This document shows, in pieces, positions 49,501-61,500 of a stretch of 64,000 bases of DNA. Within the stretch, counting starts at the first letter, position 1, and every line of letters starts with the position of its first letter. The position numbers and the translations under genes are program-made. The notes under the pieces were generated by a model. It was given only the letters and a program-made list of their open reading frames with translations, did not search any database and was not told the DNA's origin. The DNA is from Phoronis australis. Taxonomy: Eukaryota > Animalia > Phoronida. The stretch covers positions 198,241-262,240 of the forward strand of contig NMRA01000375.1 of NCBI GenBank assembly GCA_002633005.1. The letters are read 5' to 3'.

Positions 49501-52500
49501 GATAAGCATGAATTTGACTAAAGAGTAATCCCATGAGCTTACATATATGCAGATTTTTTAAGAAATATGACCGTGAGTGTACATTTAGTTGGCCCTGTTC
49601 CCTGAAAGTCTAAGTGCAAAGCATAAATCTCAAGTCTGCATAGTTGTGCTACACAGAGTTTACTTCCACTATCATGCATTATCGTGGTGACATCTGGTTA
49701 AGTTATCTCCACATTACTGTAATCAAGCACAATTTTATCAGTTGAAAAGGTATGGACTTAACTTGTTATATGGGCCCTCAAAAGCAATGCCATGTGCAAC
49801 CATTTCTGCTTTTGATAACTTCTTCCGCTTCCCTCTCGGGTAAAGTGTCTCTTTGTTGTACTATTTTTGAGCAGACACGTGAAATCTCGTCCACTTCTAG
49901 GACATGTTATTTGGCAGTTCTACAACAAACTTGTGCACAAGATGGTCCCGCCACCTGGTGACTGTAGCACAGTGTTCGTTTCTTCCATTTCATAAAGTGA
50001 ATTACTGCAGCTTAGACTTAAGTTTGACCATAAACCCGTGTCCCTTCTCATCAACCAAAGTTCTTCATTAGCTCCACAGTTGTAATGAACTAAGCCACTT
50101 GGCAATCCCAGGTCACTAACGAAACGTTTAGTGTATTTAAGTTCATTCCAGCAATTCATATTGTATTGATTTCGTAGAGAATTTCAGTTTCTTTAGGTTC
50201 ATCATATCTTGACCAATGGCTGTGAGTGTTACTTTATTTTCCCATAATTCTCCAGCTGTTAATTGCGACAAATGTTGGCCATAGTGAATGACTGTGGGTC
50301 ACTTTTTCAACAAAGTTCTTGATACATCAAAAGTTATCTGAAAGCCACCTGGATCAAAGCATAACACTTTTAAAAAGAATACATGAAATGCGGTCTGATT
50401 GAAAACTTGTTGTAAATTGCATGACAGTTTTTGAGTAACTGGAGTCTCACAGCCTGTAAAACTCATTACACCATAGTCCTGTTAGTGATCTGGAATGAGC
50501 ACAGACATCTTAATACTACCATATGTCATGTCTATGGGGATGTGGCTGTGGTACAGACATGTGACCTGCGCTTGTCACGAGAACTAATTCTTTAAAAAAC
50601 GTTTTAAGTATAAAAGGTCTTAATTTTTCACTGAGATCGTTGCAATATCCACCAACATGATTTTTTTTTGCAAAAAACTTTGAAATTCTGTTTTAATTCT
50701 TTATTTTATTAGCAACAAAAAGGTGCTTGGGATTTTCTTGTGAGAACTCTGCCCTGTGGAAAATGAAGCCGTTGAAGAAAGCGAAACCTTGATTTTTGAC
50801 AGCCGAGCTCTTGGTTTAAAAGGCCTGAAATGAAAATCTCAAATGTGCTTTTGCAGCTATTAGATAGAAGAAACAGAATTCACAATTTTTGTGCGAAAAA
50901 TTTTGTGTTTGTGCAAAATTCAGCAATTCGTTTTTTTAAATGCTATCCTGTGATTAATGACTACAGGATACTGCTTTCGTGCACATATTAACAGAACCAG
51001 TCTACAGCATTTCTTAATACTCTCTTTTGGCAGTTTGTGTTTTCTTTGAGACTGCTTCAGTATGGTTCATCTTGAGGTTTGGCGCTTGAGTTTTTATTGA
51101 AGAAAACATGGTTGGCATTGGTTTTTGACTGATGTGACTACTGTGGCACCCCCTAGTGGCAAATTGTCATGATTATATCTGCCTTAATGTAGATCTACCA
51201 AGTTCCTCTATGGATATTCATGAAATTTGTGTGTCAGCTGTCCCATAGAAAACTGGGCAGAACTTCGGCATGTGTTGTTTTTCTCAAGATTCTTCTACAA
51301 ACTGTTCACTGTGATTTCAGGTCCTTCCCAAGCAACTGTTGGCGACACGGACAATGGTAAATATGTCTTTGTCAGACTAGAGGTTTCTGATTCATTTGCA
51401 TCATGGCTATATATATATAATAGGTTCTTCTGGTTGTAACAGAGTTCAGACTCATTGTCTTAGTAGCAATGTGGTCACTTAAGTCACGTAGAACCTAATA
51501 ATTGCCCTGTGTATTTAACCAAAATGTCTACAAATCTATATATTTTAACTCGTTAAAAGTTATTTTCTGAAACTAGGAAGCCTGTAGAATACTATTTTTC
51601 AATTTTCACCAACCTATCATTAATATAGTCACATGACCATGTCTTCTTCTAGAAACAAAGGTGCATAAATAGCAAAGCAACAGTATCTGTTCAAAATAAT
51701 ATGTCCATAAAATGAGATCTCAAAAACATTGTTACATTTTTTATTTTAAAATATTTCGTTTTATGTAACTTCAGAATCTTTTCATAAAAATCATATTTGT
51801 TGATTACCCCTCGTGCAGAAGTGGAACATTTCATCCAATCTTTATATTGTTTTGAAGAAAAGTGCATAAAATACTATATCTGTAAATTTCATGTGAATCC
51901 AGTGGATAATTCCTGAGATATGATTTCCAAAAATAGCCAAATTTGCACATTTCCCTAGAGTCCTACAGCAGTTTGTCACCTCTAGCTTTCCTAAGCTTTC
52001 CTAGATGAGTGTTAGAATGGCAAGAACCACCTGACGTTATTATCCTGGACTTCAATCCCTTTGCAGCCTGACGTGGGCTGGTGATAGGTAACACACCTGG
52101 CCAAGAGCAGGCTCTACTTGAGCAGTCAGCCTCATTGGTCTTTGAAATCGTCAGCTATTTTTATCATGGCTAGTGGCAGATGTTCTCAAGTTGCTATGGA
52201 AACTGGTAATCATCCAGAGTGATATGTTAGTTGTTGAACACTTAGGGATGTAAATAGACTTCTCATAACAGTATGTCATATACCAGGCTCTCAAGTTTGT
52301 ATTGTATTTGCAGAGAAAGGTGTCCATCAGTTTGTTTTTGGTCAAAATATGGAGGACAGGGTGACAAAGGTAAGGTTCTGGTCAGTGGTTCTTGTGACCT
52401 ACTGTTCTATACTGACTGTTTGCAACAAGCTGCTGTCACAGGCTCTTGAGACCTGTACTGACTGTCTGCAGCAAACTGTAATCACAGGTTCTTGTGACCT

Positions 52501-55500
52501 GCATTGACCCTTTGTTGCAAGCTTTGCTAACAGGTTCTTGTGACCTACACTAACCAGCCCTAGTAAGCTTGGATCAGGTCACACGTTCTTCTGACCTACA
52601 TTGGCCATCTGCTGTAAGCTGTGTTAATGTGAAAGTATCAATGCTGCGTGTCAGATTGGACTGTTGCTGAACTTGTTCACATGGAATTCAACTGCAATGA
52701 GGTTATGAGAGAATATAAGTATTTAGTACAATCACACCAATCTAGGACTCATTATGGCTGACAAATTTTATACCACAGCTGCCACTAGGCGGCACTGTTT
52801 TGAGAAATTGTGAGCATTCGCAACAATGTTAGAAGCCTTTGAAAAATGGAGAAAAAGTCAATTTCGTCTCTTTGTTTTTTTGTCGTATATTAGTGAGATA
52901 TTACAGTGAGTCGTGTGCTAGAACAAGTGTTTCTATCTGTTAGCAATGGGAAATCTGGAACTAGATGCGGTCATTGAGATACTGGCACTATCTGCAGTAA
53001 AACGAGCATTCAGGTAGTCCTGTGGGAATTTTTCCATCGCTGTCTCTTAAATTCCTGTTTTCGACACTTGTGTGGAGTTAGGCATACAGGTGTGAGAATT
53101 TGGTGGACTAACCCACAAATTTTTTTCTCCTCCTGGACTGTGGTTTAGATGATCGTAAATGAGTCGTGGCCATGGGATTGTTTCCACTCCCTGAGACTCT
53201 ATTCGTGGCTTATTCATACTTTATTCTGATTTCAGACTAGGAGTACTAGTTTGTTCAAGAATGCAAAAGATGGTAAGTGTTTGTGTTGAGCAGGTGACTT
53301 GGTTGCAGTCACTCATGGTGGCTGTCACTCATGGTGGCTCACTCATGGTGGTGGCTCACTCATGGTGGCGGTCACTGATGGTGGCGGTCACTGATGGTGG
53401 CGGTCACTCATGGTGCTGGTCACTCATAGTGGTGGTCACTCATAGTGCTGTCCCTTGTCCTTGGGAGTTATATTAATGATGTGATGTATCATATGTAGAG
53501 CTGTTTTGAATCTCTTTTCCTAATTGGTAAGATGATCATGTCTAACATTAAGAGTCTTGCTGACCCCCACTAGATAAACCTGTCAGAGAGCAATTTAGCT
53601 GTGTTATTAGGTTTTACTCAGTTACATAACAGCAACAACTTGAATGACTTGGCATCAATGGAAGAATATCTTGTCTTCTTGCCTGCATTATGAAATTCAT
53701 TTCTTTGTCACGTTTTTAGCATCTTATCTATATGGTCTATTAAAATACTTGCATATGATTCATGAATTTCTACTCAACTTGCCAAATGCGACCTGGCAAA
53801 ATTCCTAGCTTGCCTAACAAGAAGTGAGATTGCTTAACAGCGAAATACCTCTTAAGAAAATTCTAGTTGATCGAAAAATATGCAAAAAATATGTCCACAG
53901 CTTTCGGTGCTAGTTACAGCTGAATGTTGACTTGGTTCCAAATTCTGTTGACTTTGTGGCAACTGGGAATTTTTACCAGATTGCCAAACAAAATTTCGTG
54001 ATCTGCAGCTCGCCAAAGCGATCTCTGTGTTCATAATTCTCGTGTATGGTCGAGATCTGTAGTCTACCTCCATGTCAGTGTTTGCTGTAGTTCCTGTACA
54101 TTTTGTCTACCTTTGTCTCACAAATGAGGTCTGGTATGTGATGTCAATGTATCATTTCAACAAGCCCTGGTCATGGTGTCATTTGGTGGCATCCAGTCCT
54201 TTATGTCATTTATCTGCATCATTACGGGGTCTAGGGTATGGTGTCATTTGATATCACCACAATTAAACACTGCTGTGCTGTGGGTTACAGTATTGTTAGC
54301 CAGCACCATCATTACAAGCGTCTTGGGTCACTGTCTCATTTGATGTTACCGATATTTGCCAACTATTATGGTTCACTGTATCACTTTCTGACTCCATTGT
54401 AGCCCAACTATCCCAAATTGTTGACGCCTTTACTCCCTCTGTTGTCTCTAAGGGCACATTTCAGAGAATTATGTCATTTCAGAGAATTATGTCATTTCAG
54501 AGAATGGTCATCATCAACCAGCTGTCGCCTACATGTCTCGCTCACACCCCTCGTCTGTTAGGCCGTCTGCCCCGTTGGCGCCCTCTAGGCCCCTCTACAC
54601 AGGTAGTGACTAACGCCTGCTGCTTGTGATAGATGGCACTAACTCCTATCTACAGCTGTTGTATCACTGGCCTTGCCTTGTCACTCTGTGTTCATATCTC
54701 ACTTTCATCAGCCGCACGCCTATGCATGTGTTCAACTTCATAGCCAAATATCGCTCATTGTTGTGTTCAGTGTGCTAGTGGTCCCTTACTTATTATGACG
54801 ATTCAAGTTACAATCTATTGGGGATATGGTACCTTGGGAGAGAAAAACGTTTTATTGCGATGATGAAACTGGCAATAAACCCACGCCTTCTGTCAATAAG
54901 CAACTTTTGATTTAAGCAACTTACTATGACTCATCTTCGTCCTTACCTTGATTTGAAATGATTTTTAGTCATGAGAACTTACGGGTCATTATTGCTTCAT
55001 TCCCAGCCCGTTAGGTTGATTGTCACGGTGGAGTTGGTTTCTGCCGCTTAGGCAGTAAAGCTGTGGGGTGATACAGGCAATTTATTGAAACCTATCTCTA
55101 CTCAAACAAAGGGAAGGAATGTGATGATGTTGCTTTAGAAGACCAAATAAGCTTATGAAGGCAGTCGATGTTATTAACACCAAAACGTGGTTCATAGCAG
55201 GTGTAAACACAAAACTGTCTTCAAATTTAGGGATGCCAGTTGAACATTTTGCCAAGGTTTAATGTGTACCATAATTCTACCAGCAGATTCTCAAGACTCA
55301 AACTGTAACTCAATTATTCCAATATTAAAATTTGAAATTTGAGTTTGTACTTGAAATCTGGAGTTTCAACTCAAGATAAAGCGATCATCGACTGCAAGAT
55401 TGTACTCGTTCACTTAAATCTTGTTGTCAAGTTGGAAATTAGCTAGTTTCCACACTCATCTTTGAGCTTGAGTGCAGAGATTGGATTATAAGTTTTTGCT

Positions 55501-58500
55501 ATGATTCTACAATGTACGTCGTGTATTGTCCAAATCCTGTGATCAGTTGGGCACCGTTTGCATGTTAGATGTTGTTCTTCTTGTCATCATCAGCATGTTT
55601 GTGACATGACTGTCACTTCTTGCTGTATTGGCTTTACTTGTTGTTACAATATGAACATCGTAAGGGTATGGGTGTGTTGGTAGTCTTTAAATACCCAGTG
55701 GCAACGTGTCATGCGTAACCATTGCCTACCGTCTAGTTGAACTGGGGAGATAACTCCACTATGTGCAGATTGGCAAAGATAGCCATTATTATGCGCAAAC
55801 AGTTAGTTCATTTCATGTCGAAAGTGTTCCCTGTTTTCACTTGCAATAGCGTAGCAGTAGTACCTCCCTGTACAGACAGGTAGCAGTAGTTGTCGTTCAT
55901 TCTCCATGGTGAGCTGCCATTGATTCGTAAAAATCGTTCATTTATGAAGTTCAAGTTATGAGAAGGGCTCATTTTCTGCTGACTAATGGCTTATGAAAAT
56001 CGTGCAACTTATCTGAATTTTTTTTTGCTGTACCTCCCTGTACAGACAGGTAGCAGTAGTTGTCATTCATTCTCCATGGTGAGCTGCCATTGATTCGTAA
56101 AAATCGTTCATTTATGAAGTTCAAGTTACGAGAAGGGCTCATTTTCTGCTGACTAATGGCTTATGAAAATCGTGCAACTTATCTGAATTTTTTTTGCTGT
56201 GATAAGCTCTATCAAAAGAAGGTGTTCACCTGCCNTTGCCTAACAAAAGTGAGATTGCTAAACAGCGAAATACCTCTTAAGAAAATTCTAGTTGATCGAA
56301 AAATATGCGAAAATTATGTCCACAGCTTTCGGTGCTAGTTACAGCTGAATGTTGACTTGGTTCCAAATTCTGTTGACTTTGTGGCAACTGGGAATTTTTA
56401 CCAGATTGCCAAACAAAATTTCGTGATCTGCAGCTCACCAAAGCGATCTCTGTCTTCATAATTCTTGTGTGTGGTCGAGATCTGTAGTCTACCTCCATGT
56501 CAGTGTTTGCTGTAGATCCTGTACATATTGTCTACCTTTGTCTCACAAACGAGGTCTGGTATGTGATGTCAGTGTATCATTTCAACAAGCCCTGGTCATG
56601 GTGTCATTTGGTGGCATCCAGACCTTTATGTCATTTAGCTGCATCATTACGGGTTCTAGGGTATGGTGTCATTTGATATCACCACAATTAAATGCTGCTG
56701 TGGGTTACACTATTGTTAGCCAGCACCATCATTACAAGCGTCTTGGGTCACTGTCTCATTTGATGTTACCGATATTTGCCAACTATTATGGTTCACTGTA
56801 TCACTTTCTGACTCCATTGTAGCCCAGCTATCCCAAATTGTTGACGCCTGTACCCCCTCTGTTGTCACTAAGGGCACATTTCAGAGAATTATGTCATTTC
56901 AGAGAATTATGTCATTTCGGAAAATTATGTCATTTCAGAGAGTTATGTCATTTCAGAGAATGGTCATCATCAACCAGCTGTCGCCTACATGTCTCGCTCA
57001 CACCCCTCGTCTGTTAGGCCGTCTGCCCCGTTGGCGCCCTCTAGGCCCCTCTACACAGGTAGTGACTAACGCCTGCTGCTTGTGATAGATGGCACTAACT
57101 CCTATCTACAGCTGTTGTATCACTGGCCTTGCCTTGTCACTCTGTGTTCATTTCTCACTTTCATCAGCCGCACGCATATGCATTTGTTCAACTTCATAGC
57201 CAAATATCGCTCATTGTTGTGTTCAGTGTGCTAGTGGTCCCTTACTTATTATGACGATTCAAGTTACAATCTATTGTGGATATGGTACCTCGGGAGAGAA
57301 AAACGTTTTATTGTGATGATGAAACTGGCAATAAACCCACGTCTTCTGTCAATAAGCAACTTTTGATTTAAGCAACTTACTATGACTCATCTTTGTCCTT
57401 ACCTTGATTTGAAATGATTTCTAGTCATGAGAACTTACGGGTTGTTATTGCTTCATTCCCAGCCTGTTAGCCTAAGGTTGATTGTCACGGTGGGGTTAGT
57501 TTCTGCCGCCAAGGCAGTAAAGCTGTAGGGTGATCCAGGCAATTTCTTGAAACCTATTTCTACTGAAACAAAGGGAAGGAATGTGATGATGTTGCTTTAG
57601 AAGACCAAATAAGCTTATGAAGGCAGTCAATGTTATTAATACCAAAACGTGGTTCATAGCAGGTGTAAACACAAAACTGTCTTCAAATTTAGGGATGCAT
57701 TTTGCCAAGGTTTACTGTGTACCATAATTCTACCAGCAGATTCTCAAGACTCAAACTGTAACTCAATTATCCCAATGTTAGAAATTGAAATTTGAATTTG
57801 TACTTGAAATATGGAGTTTCAACTCAAGATAGAGTGGTCATCGACTGCAAGATTGTACTCATTTACTTAAATCTTGTTGTCAATTTGGAAATTAGCTAGT
57901 TTTCACACTCGTCTTTGAGCTTGAGTGCAGAGATTGGATTATAAGTTTTTGCTATGATTCTATAATGTACGTGTATTGTTCAAATCCTGTGATCAGTTGG
58001 GCACCGCTTGCATGTTAGATGTTGTTCTTCTTGTCATCATCAGGCATGTTTGTGACATGACTGTCACCTGTTGCTGTATTGGCTTTATTTGTTGTTACAA
58101 TATGAACATCGTAAGGGTATGGGTGTGTTGGTAGTCTTTAAATACCCAGTGGCAACCTGTCATGCGTAAACCATTGCCTACCCTCTAGTTGAACTGGGGA
58201 GATAACTCCACTATGTGCGGATTGGCAAAGATAGCCATTATTATGCGCAAACAGTTCATTTCATGTCCACAGTGTTCCCTGTTTCCACTTGCAATAGCGT
58301 AGCAGTAGTACCTCCCTGTACTGACAGGTAGCAGTAGTTGTCATTCATTCTCCATTGTGAGCTGCCATTGATTCGTAAAAATCGTTCATTTATGAAGTTC
58401 AAGTTAGGAGAAAGGCTCATTTTCTGCTGACTAATGGCTTATGAAAGTCGTGCAACTTATCTAATTTTTTTTTTGCTCTGATAAGAATTGCAAGCTCTAT

Positions 58501-61500
58501 CAAAAGAAGGTGTTCGCCTGCCATTTATGTTATGCAATATAGTTATGGAAGAGCTAGCAAAACCTTTGGAAATTAAATGTTTTTTCATGGATGCCACGAA
58601 TGGTCTCATTAAAGGTGGGAATCAGTTTCACTTCTTGTATGAACAGGTTTGTACTTTGTAGCTTCGGAGGTCCTATCTTTGTGAGGAAAATCTTGTGACC
58701 GATTCTGTGTAAGGATAAATGAGATTTGTTTTTTCAGACAGCTGTCAACAGTTACATTGCGCAGTTTAACTGTTACGGCAATATTATTCAGTTGGATAAT
58801 TGTGACGTCCTGAAACGTGGTGATGCTCGTCTCCTGTCGACAGTGCGCTAACAGTGCCACCTATTGTTTTATTGCAGCTGCCGTCAGTAATAACCCATTT
58901 GCCGTGAATCCATCATCAACTTCTTCTTCTCCGTACGCCTCAGATGATGGTAAGTAGTTACCTCAAAGTCAAATCTTCCTTCCTCACTAACCGCAAGGGC
59001 ATTCTCAATAACAGTATTCTTTACTCATTTACTTCTTCAAGCACATTCCCAGTTGAATGGTACAGGTAGCTTCCATAAATATATCAAGCATTTGCTACAT
59101 AGTGTCAGGAATGTGCAACTTGTGTATTCTATCAGCTGTGAAATGAAAAGTGGTTAATGTTTGCAAGATTTGAATTACGGTTGATGTGAAAGAACTACAG
59201 CTCACAAGAAAAAAATTGTGCTTTCAAAAGACCAGTTATATTGTTTGGCCCATGATTCAATAGTTTGGTTCTTGATAACTTATACCACTATGAAAGTTGA
59301 ACGTTGATTTTTAGCTCAGAAAGCTGATCTTTTGCTGCCCCTGAAATTAGATTCACATACTATTACTTTAATTTGCTTTGTGTCATATGATATTATCTGT
59401 GAATTTTCTGGCACACACGTGTGTAGCTGCTTAACACGGAAGTCACCAGACTGTAGATTATATGCTTGTTTAATTGTAACAATAATGAGGCAAATAATGC
59501 GGTTTCATTTTCAGATGACAAAAAAGAGCACCGGTCCATACTAGCTCCTGCCCAACTGAAGGTGACTGGTCCAACAGGTGGCAGTGTTAAACCAGGTACT
59601 TAAGTTTGTGTTTAGCTGGTCATGTGACTCTCCAGCCTGTCTTGATTGTGAGGGGAGGGGGTGCTCTAGATATATTCAGATAGTGTCCTAAGGGGTGTCT
59701 CTTTGATTCCAGAAGCTCTTATGCCAGGACAAAATTTGCTACTTGCGTACATTTTCTGCCAATTAAGCCCATGGTAAAAGTCAAGACATCCTGAAAGTCC
59801 TTACAGTTGAAAGGCTTAATATGAAAATTTTTTGTGTGGAACATGAACATTGAAATTTTGACAAATTTTCCCATCACGACTTTATTTTTGTAGTTTTGCA
59901 CTTTTTCAACAATTCAGTGGATTCATCCAAATATCATCAAACCTATTGAGTTTTCTAAAAGCAGAAGTTTATTTTTGACTTTATACCAGCCACTTTTGAT
60001 TGGGTCACATTACCTCGTCTTTTTAATAAAATTCAGCCAGAAGGAGTACAGTAGCCAAACATCAGATAACCAAATTTGGCTTGATATATGTGTTCAAGAT
60101 AAATTGTCAAAAACACTATTACAATTTTCTGAGTTATACCGTACTTGCAGACTCCACCAAGCTGAATGTATTGAAGCCGTCATTATTCAGAGTGGCTCCC
60201 TCCAGTGAAACGTCTAAACCACTGTTGAAGCCGGCAACACTGAAAGGTCCAGACAGTAAAACAGGTGAGAATCCTCATGTTCCTTTTCAATGTTGCCATA
60301 TTTTGTGGACAAAATGTCTGCCTCTTACGCTGCCATTAAATGTGTGCTGATTGATCCAGCCACTGAGTCATCCTCGAATTTGAAGCCCGTTTCTTCAAAG
60401 GAGAAGCACTTTCATTGTCGCTTTTTCGCTTAGTACGGTGATGACTTTAACAGAATGTTGTAACGGAATAGTGTGCGTGTTATATTTCAGAGTCGGAAGA
60501 CAAGCTTGACACAGTGGCCCAGTCAGAGGTAAAGGTGACGACCACAGAGAGAGGTGAAGGCCAAGAGAGAAGTGAAGGCCAGGAGAAAGGTGAAGGTCAG
60601 GAGAAAGGTGAAGGTCAGGAGAAAGGTGAAGGTCAGGAGAGGGATGAAGGTCAGGAGAGAGACGATGGGAAGGCAGAGGGCAGCACTGACCTGAGCTCCT
60701 CTGGCAACTACTTCACTCAGTTTTTAAAAAACAAAGACAGGTGCGTGCGTTTGGGTTCGTGGTCATGCGGTGAAGGTTATTTTAGGGTCAGTTGTCTTGG
60801 TTATTTTCGAAGATGTGTGGTGTGAAAATTACTGTTTCATCTTTTTATGTATAGTGCTCTATGATGTTGGTGCAGGCATTGTGGCTTGTCTGCATCTGAT
60901 CAGTTGCATGTCGACGAGGAGAGATGAATAATTCACTGCATGTCGAGCTGTGAACTCCTCACATATGTTGATAAAAAGTTCAGTTTGAGTGGCTTTGCTT
61001 CATGGGATTTGTTAAATTGGCATTGTGCCGCTGTTTAGCTATCAATGTTAAATTCTTAACAAAAGTGCATGGGATTTAAAAACATATTTATAACTAAAGG
61101 CTCGTTCAATCTTGAGTGGGAGACCTTCAGATAGCAACTTGATGACTGGTCTCATGGAACCGAATACCAGTGGCCTCTAGAGGACGAGGAGGCACTTTTA
61201 ATTATAACTTGTGATTAGAACACATCACTCCTAATCTCTTACAACATAGAAGGGTTTTTCATAAATTCAAACTGTTGCCCTATGCCACTTGCTGTGAAGA
61301 CGAAGTAACTCCTGGTACAGCTAGGTGGCGCTATGTGTCACCAGTCCCATGTTTTCTGTCCTCATTGCTTCCTGAATGCCTCCCATTGTTGCCAAGTGTG
61401 CGGACAACTCAAGTCTCAGACATTGCGTATATGCACCATTGTTGAGTCGCAGTTGTATACGGTTGGACAACCTCAATAAATCTGAAGCTTATTGTCAAGT

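Noticed and set aside
56891-57085. ORF-track peptide MSFQRIMSF...MVIINQLSPT as the RANBP3 exon product
   Set aside because: Splice phase (1-1) places the exon in another frame: ENGHHQPAVAYMSRSHPSSVRPSAPLAPSRPLYT.
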